Source: Octopus sinensis (lineage: Eukaryota). Taken from it: DNA of 64,000 nt. The notes beneath the pieces are model-generated. The model had not been told where the DNA came from, ran no database searches, and saw only the letters and a list, made by a program, of their open reading frames with translations. The stretch lies in assembly GCF_006345805.1 (NCBI RefSeq), contig NC_043002.1, positions 98,332,001-98,396,000 on the forward strand, read 5' to 3'. Positions 1 through 12,845 of this stretch are shown piece after piece (the first letter of the stretch is position 1; each line of letters starts with the position of its first letter). A program made the position numbers and the translations under genes.

Positions 1-98
1 TTATAATTATAGGACTTAATGGAGCAGAACATAAGAGCTTTTAGGGTTAAAACAACACGCTCTCGTATTCATGCACTCAGACATGCATGCATATATAT

Positions 99-316
99 TT
101 TCTACTCTAGGTACAAGGCCAGAAATTTCTGGGGAGGAGCCAATTGATTAGATCGACCCCAGTACGCACCTGGTACTTAATTTATCGACCCAGTACGCAA
201 CTGGTACTTAATTTATCGATTCCGAAAGGATGAAAGGCAAAGTCGACCTCGGCGGAATTTGAACTCAGAACGTAAGGGCAGACGAAGCATTTCGCCCGGC
301 GTGTTAACGTTTCTGC
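99..316 (-). mobile_element. SINE family A (tRNA-headed, about 220 bp), with a small internal tandem duplication
   Basis: Reverse complement of the family consensus seen many times in this window (GGCGAGCTGGCAGAA...GAGTTCAAATTCCGCCGAGGTCGACTTTGCCTTTCATCCTTTCGGGGTCGATAAATTAAGTACCAG); B-box GTTCAAATTCC; the segment around 153-219 is duplicated. Confidence 0.85.
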
Positions 317-470
317 ATACATATTATACATGCATACATATATAGATACATTAAATGTATCAGTTTCGAGTTCAGTCCCATTGTGTCTTCTGTTAGAACT
401 CTCGGTCCCAATAAAACCTTGTGAGTGAATTTAGTTGATGGAAACTGAAACGAAACCTGCTGTGTGTGCA

Positions 471-514
<44 letters not shown>

Positions 515-869
515 TCGATTCGAGTTCAACACTTACAACATTTTCCTCAAAAATCGTAACACTTACATAATTAGATTAATTAAAACATGTAGTAAGCGAC
601 TGGTTGAAAATCTTACTCCACTAAAATTTCGTAAAATGGAAAGTAAATTTGACGCTTAATTTACGAAATTTCAAATCCAAAACAAGTTGGTCTAACATTT
701 ATTGACATTTCCCAGCTAAAATCGTAAAAATAAATGCGAAACAATTGACTGAAAATATTTGATATATTTGTTGTACACACCACTAAAAAAGTGATGCAGT
801 ACAATTTTTCACACATCAATCAGCAGAGGTTTTGAATAAAACGAACTTCTCGACTACAGAGTTGGGTAT

Positions 870-1630
870 GCGAGTAATGGTAGAGTGCAGGGGAAATTTT
901 TTGTAAACCTCCGGAATGTAAAATAATTGCGGCTGAGTTCAAATTCCTCCGAGGTCAACTTTATTTTTCATTCTTTCGAGGTCGTTAAAATAAGTGCACT
1001 GGCATCGATGTAATCACTTACCCGTCCCCCAAATTTTCAGGCTTTGTGCCTATAGTAGAAAGAATTATTATTTAAGGCGTGGAGACGAAATGGCCCAGTG
1101 GTTAGGGCAGCGGACTCGCGGTCGGAGGATCGCGGTTTCGATTCCCAGACCGGGCGTTGTGTGTGTTTATTGAGCGAAAACACTTAAAAGCTCCACAAGG
1201 CTCCGGCAGGGGTGGGGGTGGCGACCCCTCTTGTACTCTTTCACCACAACTTTCTCTCACTCTCTCTTCTTGTTTCTTGAGTAACGCTGCGATGGACTAG
1301 CGTCCCATCCAGCTGGGGAGGGACACATACGCCACAGAAACCGGGAAACCGGGCCCATGAGCCGGGCTAGGCTTGAAAAGGGCGCATAAATAAAAATAAT
1401 TATTTAAGGCATTAAGCTAGCAGAATCGTTAGCATGCCGGGTGAAATGCTTACCGACATTTCGTTCGCTTTTACTTTCTGAATTTAAAAATTCCACCGAG
1501 ATCTACTTTGCCTTTCATCCTTTGGGGATCAATAAAATAAGTACCAGTTGAACACGCAGGTCAATGTAATCGACTTAACCTTTCCCCCGAAATTACAATC
1601 CTTTTGCCAAAATGTGAAACCATTGTTATT
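870..1630 (+). mobile_element. Two head-to-tail family A SINEs (870-1066, 1405-1630) with another SINE inserted between them
   Basis: Both copies carry the GAGGTCRACTTTGCCTTTCATCCTTT core; the inserted element at 1079-1398 is flanked by a 12-bp TSD. Confidence 0.75.
1079..1398 (+). mobile_element. SINE with family C head and an alternative 3' tail
   Basis: tRNA-like head TGGCCCAGTGGTTAGGGCAG...GGTTTCGATTCCC shared with family C up to ...CTTTCTCTCACTCT, then a different tail (GCGATGGACTAGCGTCCCATCCAG...CAGAAACCGGG). TSD ATTATTTAAGGC at 1067-1078 and 1399-1410. Confidence 0.85.
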
Positions 1631-1867
1631 ATTGAACCTCTTAGTGGTTTCTAAAAAAAACATTATTTTATTATTTTGGTTTTAGTCATTGATTTGTGGT
1701 CATGCTGGGGCATCATTTCAATGCACATTGTCTAGTCCAAGTCCTCATTTTTTAAATCTTTATTAATAGACAAGCTGGGTTCACCTAACGAGTTACATAT
1801 CTTTAATGGCGTAAATATCTTATGGTATTTGTATCGGCGAGTTGGCTGATATCTTATGGTATTTGTA

Positions 1868-2099
1868 AAGGCGGCGAGTTGGCTGAAGCGTTAGCACGCT
1901 GAGGGAAATGCTTCGTGGTATTTCGTCTGCGTTACGTTGTGAGTTCAAATTCCGCCGAGGTCGACTTTGCCTTTCATCCTTTCGGGGTCGATAAATTAAG
2001 TACCAGTTACGCACTGGGGTCGATGTAATCGACTTAATACCTATATCTGTCCTTGTTTGTCCCCTCTGTGTTTAGCCCCTTGTGGGTAATAAAGAAATA
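1868..2099 (+). mobile_element. SINE family A, tail variant A2 (ends AAAGAAATA)
   Basis: Full head and core; tail TTGTCCCCTCTGTGTTTAGCCCCTTGTGGG; TSD GGTATTTGTA at 1858-1867 and 2100-2109. Confidence 0.9.
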
Positions 2100-3240
2100 G
2101 GTATTTGTATCGGTACACACACAAGCACACACACACATTCGACTGTTGAGTTCTATATAAAATTTCTTTTGCTTCTAATTCAAATAACACAGGGATCACC
2201 TGTACTTTTCCTCCTTTAGAGTTGATAGAATAAGTTCGAATCATACTAGGGTTTTGGAACTAAAGCATCTGTTTGCCTTTAAATTAAGCATTTGGGAAAT
2301 TTGCCTGTGAATTTTCTTGACCAGAACTGTCGCAGGATGAGATAATTCCGGACCATTCTCCACGTGTCAAATTCACTATTGCAAAATCAACGCTCTTTCG
2401 GCCCCAGCCAACTAATTTTGTAATGTAGTTATCCTGGGCACAGATATACTCAAATATTCCGCCGAGTATAATAACTATGTCATCCCTGGCTAATAAGAAT
2501 AAAGTACCAGTCAAATACTGTAGTCAATTTAATTGACTGATACCGGTATCTCCTATGTTTCTTGGAGCAGAAGAGTGAATTGAAGCCAGATTGTGGATTT
2601 GTTTGGTGCTCCGGGTTTATTTTCATGCTTCTGCTTTTCGGCTTCACTTGAACAGTTGTAAAACATGAACACTGAATGTAGAGGATGTGCAAAGATCGGA
2701 AAGAAACGAGGCCGAGCTAGCTCTGATCGATTTAAATGTAAATGTCAGTTTGCATGAACGATGGTGTTCATAAGAGCTGACAAAAAGAAAAATAACATGG
2801 TGTTAGGCATAAATGAAATCAGCTCTATCCATTGTGAAAGTCTTACTGTTTGAGGGTGAAGAAGTGTCAAGCAAAACCAAACGGAGGAAACAACTGCAAC
2901 AGGGCGAAAATAGATGCAAAAGAATGATAATGGTATTCGTGTGCCATTGTTGCTGGCGTCGGTGATCGTGGCCCACAAAGACATCTTGTTTCACGCATAA
3001 CACTTTGCACGTTATTGGGCTTGTTAAGGTCATTGTGTCTCTTCACTCCATATCCTCACAAGCTTCTTTCTTTCAGTTTTCTGGTTGTCACCAACTGCTC
3101 AAAGTCACCCTACCGTCTCATATTATGTCCAGTTAACTGAGTCTGTTGATTTCGCGAGTTACTGAGAAACTTTCTCTTTTTTTTTTTTTTTTGCTTGCTT
3201 GTCTAAGGATTTCCATGCTACTCTATCTCTACGATGATGA

Positions 3241-4172
3241 TTAATTTATCGACCCCGAAAGGATGAAAGGCAAAGTCGACCTCGGCGGAATTTGAACTCA
3301 GGACATAACGGCAGACGAAATACGGCTACGCTTTTCGCCCGGAGTTTCTGCTGGCTCGCCGCCTTAATAATAATAATAATCCTTTCTACTGGAAGCACAA
3401 TGCCTCAAATTTTTCAGGAGGGAACTAGTCGGGGATTTTTGTGGTTTTTCGTCACTGCATGTCGAAATCTTTAAAAATATCTCTTTAATGTATCATATAG
3501 ATATAATTTTTGACGTTGAATCCAAATTTGCTAGAAATAACAGTCAAAACCTTGCTTAAAACTGACATTTATTAGTTTAAAAAATTCAAGAGCGAAAGTT
3601 GTGACCATCTCGTCACTGTTCTAAAATTTCTATATCATTCTAGAATCGAATTCCTTTTGTTATGAAAATAAACAATTATAGAACACGTGGTGGTTACAGG
3701 CCTTGTGCGCATGCGCAGCATTTTTGATTACCATGGAAACAGAGTTCTTCGCTATCAGTTATGGAACACGTTGTGCTTCTGGAAACAGATTTCTTCGCCA
3801 CGGTGATGTGTAAAATACTCGCTTCTGATTGGCTAAAATACCCAAATTTTGTAAATTTTAAAGGCTAGTAACTTTTTGATTATGGATTTATTGGGAAAAT
3901 GAATTTCATTTTCATAATTAGTATACAAAACTTAATCCATATATCAATTTTGAAAACAACTGGAACGAAATTGTAGACAGTGACGAAAACCACAAAGATC
4001 CCTAGTTGATTACATCAATCCCAGTGTTTTACTGGTACTTAATTTATCGACCTCGAAAGGATGAAAGGCAAAGTCGACCTCGGTGGAATTTGAACTCAGA
4101 ACGTAGTGGCGGGTGAAATGCCGCTAAGCATTTTATCCAGCGCGCTAACGATTCCGTCAGCTCGCTGCCTTG
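3241..4172 (-). mobile_element. Two family A SINEs; the second is split by a MITE at 3432-4002
   Basis: Core and head matches at 3241-3365, 3380-3431 and 4003-4172. Confidence 0.8.
3432..4002. mobile_element. MITE (non-autonomous DNA transposon), 571 bp, superfamily unassigned
   Basis: About 25-bp TIRs: GGGATTTTTGTGGTTTTTCGTCACTG and CAGTGACGAAAACCACAAAGATCCC. It interrupts a SINE. Flanks TAGTCG/TAGTTG suggest a 6-bp TSD with one CpG transition. Confidence 0.85.
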
Positions 4173-4190
4173 ATAATAATAATAATGATG

Positions 4191-4222
<32 letters not shown>

Positions 4223-4539
4223 TGTTTTACACAGGGCGGCGGGTAAATGGGACATTACAAAGACAAATAATAAACAGGAAACGTTTGTATAAGATATCCA
4301 CCTAATTCCATTTAGTTAAAGGATAATACAAGCCAGGCTTTACTAATGTATGTAAAGAGGGTTTTTACTTTAATCCCTATTTGAGTATATATATATGTCA
4401 TTAACAGCTACACACCCTCCCCAAGCGATGCTATAGGAAACACCCAGCACTTTACACATTATAGCAGGTTAGGGTTAGGTAAAACAAAACGGGCTTACCG
4501 CACGCATATACAAAAAAAACCGATCTTTCGTAGACACAC

Positions 4540-4628
4540 ACGCACACACAAATACACAACACACATACACACGTATATATATGTCGTGTGTATGTATGTA
4601 CACATGGATATGTATGTACGTGTGTGTG

Positions 4629-4659
<31 letters not shown>

Positions 4660-4721
4660 AATATTTGTTAAAACTTGTCCCTCGCATAGATACACATATA
4701 TATGCATATATATATATGCAC

Positions 4722-4758
<37 letters not shown>

Positions 4759-4800
4759 ATATACATGTACGCATACATACATATACATCACGCATTTATA
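4540..4800. repeat. Compound (CA)n/(TG)n/(TA)n microsatellite
   Basis: Read directly. One of dozens in the window; others include 470-511, 16460-16720, 45480-46130, 46500-46810, 50750-51500 and 57750-57890. Confidence 0.95.
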
Positions 4801-7056
4801 TTTATTTATTGTGAAAAGGAGAAAAGAGAAGATATTCCAGTGAGTATCCGAAAGCGGTTGGTAAATGTTTGAGATATTGGTGCCGGGAGAGCAGTACGTA
4901 TAAGTAATAATAACGCCAATGTTTGGAACAGCAGCAAATGGAGATACTCTTAGAAATGAAAGAAGTCTGGAAGAAAAAAAGATAATAGCAGAAAAAAAAA
5001 TGAAAAAATTTCGCATCAAAGATAAGAAAGAAAGAAAAAAAATCAAACAACAAAATTTGAGTAAAATGGCTATGAAGGTATAAAGAAAAGGTGTATACAT
5101 GATAGGCCGCGAGAGAGATAGATGGAGAAAGTGGTGGTGGTCGTGGTAGGGAACAAACATAGATAAAAAGCGTGAGATTATATAGACAAAACATTAGACG
5201 AGATAGAAAGCGAAGTTATGTAGTCCAAGCTAATAATAATAGACACACGCAACTGTTGGTTCACTTATCTCAAGTTATTTTTCCTCTGAACTCTTTAAAA
5301 ATAAATGTCTCTCTCAAACAACGAACGATTCTTTTACAATGATAAAAAAAAATCCTTTATTATATTCTTTTCTTTATGTATGTACTTATAATAATATTAA
5401 AAAAATTATTTGTTTTTGTTTATTTATTACACATCACTTTGCTTTTGTTGTTTTTGTTGGGTTTTTTTTTTCGTTTTTGTTTTTCTATCGTATCATCATC
5501 CGACATTTTGGCAAACTCGAAACGTGGCGAAAGCGATAGAACATAAGTAAGTACATATACAAGATAAGGAGATGAGACGGTTGGATAGGTTGCTTCTATC
5601 AGTGCTTGGTAAAGTTTTTTTCTTGAAGGTGGTGATCGTGAAACCTGCCCAGGATCTTGTTAAATTTCTTTTCAACCACTTGAAGTATTTTTCAATTTTC
5701 ACCAGATTATTTTTTAAAAATATAGTTCAGATATAGTTTCGCATGCTGATAACAAAAATAGCATCAGTTTTTTTCCCTCCCCTATTTCGTTATCACAATG
5801 CAAAACTACATCAGAAATACATTTAAAAAAAAAAACAATAATTTGGTTAAAATTTGAAATACTAAAGGTGGTTGGAAGAAACTTAACATGATCCCCTATT
5901 TACTCTTTTTCTTTAAACAAATTCTCTTTTTATCTGTTTGTCGAGAGAAAGTAGTTACAGTAATTGATCCTTTTACAGGCCTATCAAAATTAGTGGTGGT
6001 GGTCGTGTGGAGAGTAACATTAAACCGGTAAATTGGTTCGAATGCATGCAGCAGACTCCGGCAAAGGCACCCAAGGTTGCTCGGAGGTAGGTAGTGTGCA
6101 ACTGGGTGACGAAATAAGTTTACTACTCGAATAGGCTGTGGTAGGGGTTTCAACCTAGAACGCAAAGATCCCGAGCAAATACCGGAAGGTATCCTATCCA
6201 ATGTTTTTACAATTCCACCGATCCACCAGCCTTGTTGTTTTCGTCATCGATTCCAAACAAATAAAAAGCAATGTCGTGTAGAAGCCCGACGTGTGTGTAT
6301 TTGTATAATAATATTAATAATAATAATTCTTATAATCATTTTAAGATGTGGGTTGTGATCTCAAGGGAAATTGTTATTTCTCCCACACTGGATTGCTAAA
6401 TTTATTGAAAACTCGATTATAAAAAAAAAAGGGAGTCTCATTGGTCAATCCGGGGCTATTATAGAAAGACACCCAAAGTACTGCATGTGACATCAAATCC
6501 AGTACCACGTGGTTGAGAAGCAAACTTTTTTAATTCCACCGCCACCCAGCATTATTCCACCGTTAAACATTTATTTTCAATGTACAAAAACGTATTTTTA
6601 TGGGATTAAGCTATACTAAGCAGATCATCGGATTAATCAAAATTAGGAATTGTATCAACTTTGTTCGGTAAAGTGAAATCGTTGTTACAAAACATATTAA
6701 AATTAATCTTTTGAAATTGACGGTTATTTTACCTTTCGTCTTCCGGTTTTTATGACCTTACTTTGATATATATATACGAAAAAAGAAATTTAAAAATTGA
6801 TCACCCATATGTGAGGAAGAGTACTGGCACCAAGCTTATTTGAGTCATCAGTTCAAAACTCTTGCTTCTGGCATTGCTTTGTCGCAATCGTTCGCTCGGA
6901 CAATTGATTGAGGATGACCACATTTGTAGTGATAGTGGCACGAAGATTAACTATTCACGGCGATATTGTAGTTGTTGTTGTCTAGTCCCAGCTCAGCAGG
7001 ACTTTGATCAAAAGTGTTGCGATCGTTAAAGCAAATGCATAGATTATGTATCTATA

Positions 7057-7447
7057 CTCTTACTCTTTTACTTGTTTCAGTCATTTGACTGCGGCCATGC
7101 TGGAGCACCACCTTCAGTCGAGCAAATCGACCCCAGGACTTATTCCTTGTAAGCCTAGTACTTATTCTATCGTTCGCTTTTTGCCGAACCGCTAAGTTAC
7201 GGGGACGTAAACACACCACCATCGGTTGTCAAGCGATGTTGGGGGACAAACACAGACACAAACACACACACATACATATATACGACAGGCTTCTTTCAGT
7301 TTCCGTCTACCAAATCCACTCACATGGCTTTGGTCAGCCCGAGGCTATAGTAGAAGACACTTGCCCAAGGTGTCACGCAGTGGGACTGAACCCGGAACCA
7401 TGTGGTTGGTAAGCAAGCTACTTACCACACAGCCATTCCTGCGCCTA
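7057..7447 (-). mobile_element. SINE family B (tRNA head, CORE-like domain, internal microsatellite, about 400 bp), full length
   Basis: Reverse complement reads GGAATGGCTGTGTGGTAAGTAGC...GGTTCAGTCCC, then CCTTGGGCAAGTGTCTTCTACTATAGCC (CORE-like), ending ...GACTGAAACAAGTAAAAGAGT. Confidence 0.9.
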
Positions 7448-8302
7448 CAAAATAAAGCAGGAAACTGATTGACATTACTTGGAGTATGTATGTATGTATG
7501 TGTGTGTGTGTATGTGTGTATGTGTGTATGTATGTATGTATGTATGTATGTATGTATGTGTCTTTGTGTTTGTCCACCCCACCGATTAACAACCGATGTT
7601 GGTTAGCTTACGTCCTTGTAACTTAGCAGTTCAGCAGAAGAAAGCCATATACCAATTTACCAAAATAAGTACCAGACTTTAAATAAAATAAGTATTGGGG
7701 TAGATTTGTTCGACTAAAACCCTTCAAGGTGCTGCCTCAGCATTGCCACTGTCCAATGACTGAAATAAATACATGTAAAGGCTGCATAGAGGCTCCTACT
7801 TCGCTCGTTTTCTGTCAATAGTTCAATTTTTATTTTTACCCCGGTTAGATAAATACCTTGACCATTGTTATCATATTACGTAATATTATATTTCTTTCCT
7901 TGCGAAGTCTTTATCTCAATGTTACCGGCCTTATTAAAATTCATTTTATCATTCTGACCAGTTGATTATACATAATGGTCATTTTTTTTTTACTACCCGC
8001 CTATCGTTAATCTTTTTCACGAAACTATTCTATTCGTCGAGTAGTGTCATTAAAACGTTGGTAATAAACCACTCGGTGACATCTCACCCAAGACATATAA
8101 CAAGATACTTAACTCGACCTTTGGGGAGAGATCACTGTAAATGAGTGTCTCTCGGGGCTCGAAAGGAGGCAGCTGTTTATGGCCAACGATATATGTTATA
8201 TCTCAGCAGCCAGAAAATAAAGAATCCGATTCATTATTATACAACCAGTCTCTCATTAGAGTTAGGATTCAAGCTTCAGTGGCACACACTATCGTCCTGT
8301 AT

Positions 8303-8337
<35 letters not shown>

Positions 8338-8489
8338 TTCGCTTGCTCATCCACCAATACGTTTTGCATTCACCAACTTGTACACGTACGTATATGTATG
8401 CGTGTATGCTAACAGATATGTATGTATGTGTATTCATTGTTCATTGTATATGTATTGTGTTCCTCACAATAACATGCTTATACGCAGAC

Positions 8490-8868
8490 TCTCTCTTTTT
8501 ACTCTTTTACTTGTTTCAGTCATTTGACTGCGGCCATGCTGGAGCACCGCCTTTAGTCGAGCAAATCGACCCCGGGACTTATTCTTTGTAAGCCCAGTAC
8601 TTATCCTATCGGTCTCTTTTGCCGAACCGCCAAGTGACGGGGACGTAAACACACCAGCATCGGTTGTCAAGCAATGCTAGAGGGACAAACACAGACACGC
8701 AAACATATACATACACATACATACATATATATACATATATATACGACAGGCTTCTTTCAGTTTCCGTCCACCAAATCCACTCACAAGGCATTGGTCGGCC
8801 CGAGGCTATAGCAGAAGACACTTGCCCAAGATGCCACGCAGTGGGACTGAACCCAGAACCATGTGGTT
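8490..8868 (-). mobile_element. SINE family B, full length
   Basis: Near-identical to 7057-7447. Confidence 0.9.
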
Positions 8869-9106
8869 GTTTAGGCAAGCTACTTACCACACAGCCACTC
8901 CTGTGCCTTGAGTTTTTTTTTAAAAACAAGCCCACACAAATAATTCTTTCTACTATATAAGCACAAGGTTTGAAATTTCGGAGTTGGGTGGGGTGGGGTG
9001 CGGTGCGGTGTAGTCGTTTACATCGATTCCAGTGTTCAACTGGTACTTTAGTTTATCGATCTCTGAAGTGATGAAAGGTAAAGTCGACCTCAGCATAAAA
9101 CCGGAA

Positions 9107-9545
9107 GGGATCTTTGTGGTTTTCATCACTGTTTGGAATTACCTTAAAAAAAATTTTTTTTCATGTATCATATAGATGTCATTTTTAACGCTGAATCCGA
9201 ATTTGTTATTCATTTTATTCCATAAAAATTTTGCAGGTGTTCAAAGTTTGATAATTTTCAGACAATCAGAAAACAAGCACGTTCGCTTCCACCATCCGGG
9301 TGTGTGGGGGTGGGGCGCCAGCATGACAAAACATTAAACTAACTACAGTAAACAATGAAAAACATGAAAACATTCGCGAGCGAATTGAATATTTAAAAGA
9401 TATGACCAAACCAACAGGAGTTGCTAGAAATAACTGTCAAAATATTAAAATATACACGAGCGAAGTTAACATTAAAACATTCGCAAGCAAATTACGTATT
9501 TAAAAGCTACGAACAAACTAACAGGAGTTGCTAGAAATAATATAA
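9107..9545. mobile_element. Longer relative of the 3432-4002 MITE (one terminus visible), with an internal repeat of about 110 bp
   Basis: Starts GGGATCTTTGTGGTTTTCATCACTG, which matches the TIR. Shares ATGTATCATATAGAT...GAATCC(A/G)AATTTG and TTGCTAGAAATAAC(A/T)GTCAAAA with the 3.4-kb copy. AACAGGAGTTGCTAGAAATAA occurs twice. Confidence 0.7.
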
Positions 9546-10284
9546 ATGATGTTGGTTTGTTTATATTCTCGTAACTTAGCAGTGAGATTGAATTGATCAA
9601 TTGAAATATCTGTTGATTGAATTAGCGTGCAAGTGGGTGAGCATGTCACAGACACGCGCACCAATCATTTACTTAATCCTTGGGGAGAATCGGCATGATG
9701 CGACGGTGAGTGTGGCAGCGCTCTAACCCTGTATTACAAAGATAACTTATTCTACAAACATTCGTTCAGTTTCCGTCAATCCATTTTCATTTACAAAACT
9801 TGGGTGAACCCGAGGAAAAGGTAAACGACACTTGCCCAAGATACGCATCTTTTCCTTTTGATGGACGGAATTTTCTAGTTAACTAAAAGATTTGAAACTT
9901 CGTATACTAGTAGAATGTGTCAAAAGAAAACATTATTGTAAACAAAATTGTAATTTGTAAGTTTAACGTAGTTTAATTCGAAGAATTTTAACCAATGAAA
10001 TCCCAGCATACTACGTAGTTTGCTCGAACCCGGGACGTTGTGCTTGCTATGCGAATTTCGGCACTCCTTCGATATTGGTCTACAAAGTGCTTGTGTGAGG
10101 AGACAACGTCGTTCACCCTCTATTTGAGCCTAGCCTCTTTTATCTCTGTCATGAGGGAAGCTTGTGTGGAGTAGTGTACCAATATCGAAAGATAGCCCAC
10201 ATACATCAAAGCGTTGTGAATAGATCTGGTAGATGGAAAGTAAAAGGAGCCCTCATGTGTGTGTGTGTGTGTGTGTGTGTCTGC

Positions 10285-10502
10285 TGGCAGACACGTTTGC
10301 GCGCCGGGCGAAATGCTTAACGGTATTTCGTCTGCTCTTACGTTCTGAGTTCAAATTCCGCCGAGGTCGACTTTGCCTTTCATCCTTTCGGGGTCGATAA
10401 ATAAAGTACCAGTTACGCACTGGGGTCGATGTAATCGACTTAATCCTTCTGTCTGTCCTTGTTTGTCCCCTCTATGTTTAGCCCCTTGTGGGCAATAAAG
10501 AA

Positions 10503-10505
<3 letters not shown>
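10285..10505 (+). mobile_element. SINE family A2
   Basis: Core and A2 tail intact; 5' end truncated into a (TG)n tract. Confidence 0.85.
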
Positions 10506-10533
<28 letters not shown>

Positions 10534-12418
10534 AGTCCAACCCACTGCTTGAAACCGGTGTTGGTTTGTTTACGACCCTGTAAATTAGTTGTTCGGCAAA
10601 AGAGACCAATAGAAAAAGTACCAGGCTTTAAAAAAAAACAAACAAACAAAAATCATAAGCTCGACTAAACCCTTCAAAAGCAGTGTGCCCCATCATCTTG
10701 TGACTGAAACAAGTAAAAAAAAAAAAAAGAAAAAAAAAAAGATAAATAACCACGTGAAAAACAGCGGAAAGAAAGCATTGTTTTAAACGGAAGCACCAAG
10801 TTGATCAAATTGCCCTAGAAATAAGGGACAGAATGAGAGGGGGAATGGTAGAAAAACAATAGGGCGAAGAAATTTGTAGTTTGTTGGTTTGGATCTGATA
10901 CCGTTTCCATCGTTTTGTTCTCGTTTACGGCTTTACGTTTCTCTTATCTTCCTTCCTTCCTGTCTGCGAGTCCTTTATTTTTCTATCTGTGAGCCTTTAT
11001 CTTTTCTTTCTCCTCCCCACTTTCTCATCTTTCATCTTCATCAGTCTAGTAGTATATCTTACCCCCTTTCCTTATCTATTCTCTCTTTATTTTCTCTTCA
11101 TGGGCAAATGGTTGTATGGTTAAGAAGCTCGCTTTGTAGCCACGAGGTTTCGGGTTCAATTCCACTTGGTGGCACCTTGCACAAGTGTCTGACTGATGTC
11201 TTTTGAGTGAATTTTGGTTGACTGATGTCTTTTGAGTGAACTTGATTGCTCATCATATCTGTCGATCGATCGGTCTGTCTGTCTGTCTGTCTCTACCTAT
11301 CTATCTCACGGGTAAACCTCACCTGTCCTCCCCTTTACACTTCATATTGACATTTCTGTGATTACGATCCCTATTGATCAACTTTTTCCCCTCTCCCCCC
11401 TTTTTAAAAAAATCCTCCCCTTCTTTTTGTCCTCTTTCTTTCCTTTTACGATCCCTTTTGATCGAAAACCAACCCCCTTTTTTTTACCCCCAAAAGAAAA
11501 ACTCTACCTTGTAATCTGTTCTGTCTGTGTGCAGCCCTGTGTGGCTAATAAAGAAACATATCTATGTGTGTGTGTATTTACTTGTCATTCCCCGCTACTG
11601 CTTGACAACCGGTGTTGGTTTGTTAAAATCCCCTTAACTTAGTGGTTCGGCAAAAGACGCCAGTAGAATAATTACTAGACTTTAAAAAAAAAGCATAAGT
11701 AATGGAGTCGATTTGTTCAAGTCGGTGCACCAATATGGCCGCAGTTCAATGACTAAAACAAATAAAAAAAATTACCTCTTTATTTTCACTCCCTCCCTCT
11801 CTCCCTCTTTTCTCTCTCTCTCTCTCTCTCCCTCTTTCTCGTCGTCTTTTCTATCCATCATCGTTTCTTCGTCTTTCACCTCCGTTTCTTACTTTTTTTC
11901 TTTGCTATCTTTATTTCAGAATTTAAAAAATAACAAACAAAAAATACAAAACTATTAAAACTAATACATAAATAACTAACTAACTAAATAAATAAATAAA
12001 AATAAATATCAAGTAAAACAAAATTACAATAAAAGATAACGAACTCCAACAAAAGAAAACAACAAATCCTTATAATCTCACCCGTCCAACTTCACGTTGC
12101 CACCCAAAGCTTGCTGGATTCGAAGTGAGAAACGGAATCCAGTGTAAAGTGTAGTATAAATCTCAAGTTTATTACGTTGATGAATTGATGATAAAGAGAG
12201 AAGCGATGGCGGCTCCCTCTCTCTCAAATGTAGACGGCGCGGGGTTTTTTTTTTCTCCCTAAAACGTCCATTAAACTTCTGTCCAGACAACGAACATTTG
12301 TTTCTGCTCTTGTACTACTACTACTACTACTAGTAGTAGTAGTAGTAGTAGTAGTAGGGTATATACCCCTTTATCTTATTGATATAAGTTTGCGTATGTG
12401 TGCGTGCGGGCGCGCATG

Positions 12419-12639
12419 TACTCTCTTTACTCTTTTTACTCTTTTACTTGTTTCAGTCATTTGACTGCGGCCATGCTGGAGCACCGCCTTTAGTCGAGCA
12501 AATCGACCCCGAGACTTATTCTTTGTAAGCCCAGTACTTATTCTATCGGTCCCTTTTGCCGAACCGCTAAGTGACGGGGATGTAAACACACCAGCATCGG
12601 TTGTCAAGCAATGCTAGGGGGACAAACACGCAAACACAT

Positions 12640-12670
<31 letters not shown>

Positions 12671-12845
12671 CATATATACGACAGGCTTCTTTCAGTTTCC
12701 GTCTACCAAATCTACTCACAAGGCATTGGTCGGCCCGGGGCTATAGCAGAAGACACTTGCCCAAGATGCCACGCAGTGGGACTGAACCCAGAACCATGTG
12801 GTTGGTTAGCAAGCTACTTACCACACAGCCACTCCTGTGCCTACT
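12419..12845 (-). mobile_element. SINE family B, full length
   Basis: Same consensus as 7057-7447. Confidence 0.9.

Noticed and set aside
2840-2975. Plus-strand frame resembling a GPCR loop and TM6 (KRMIMVFVCHCCW)
   Set aside because: A stop follows immediately, the CWxP proline is missing, and there are no supporting splice sites.
4919-5093. Lysine-rich 57-codon ORF
   Set aside because: Explained by A-rich low-complexity sequence; no splice or homology support.
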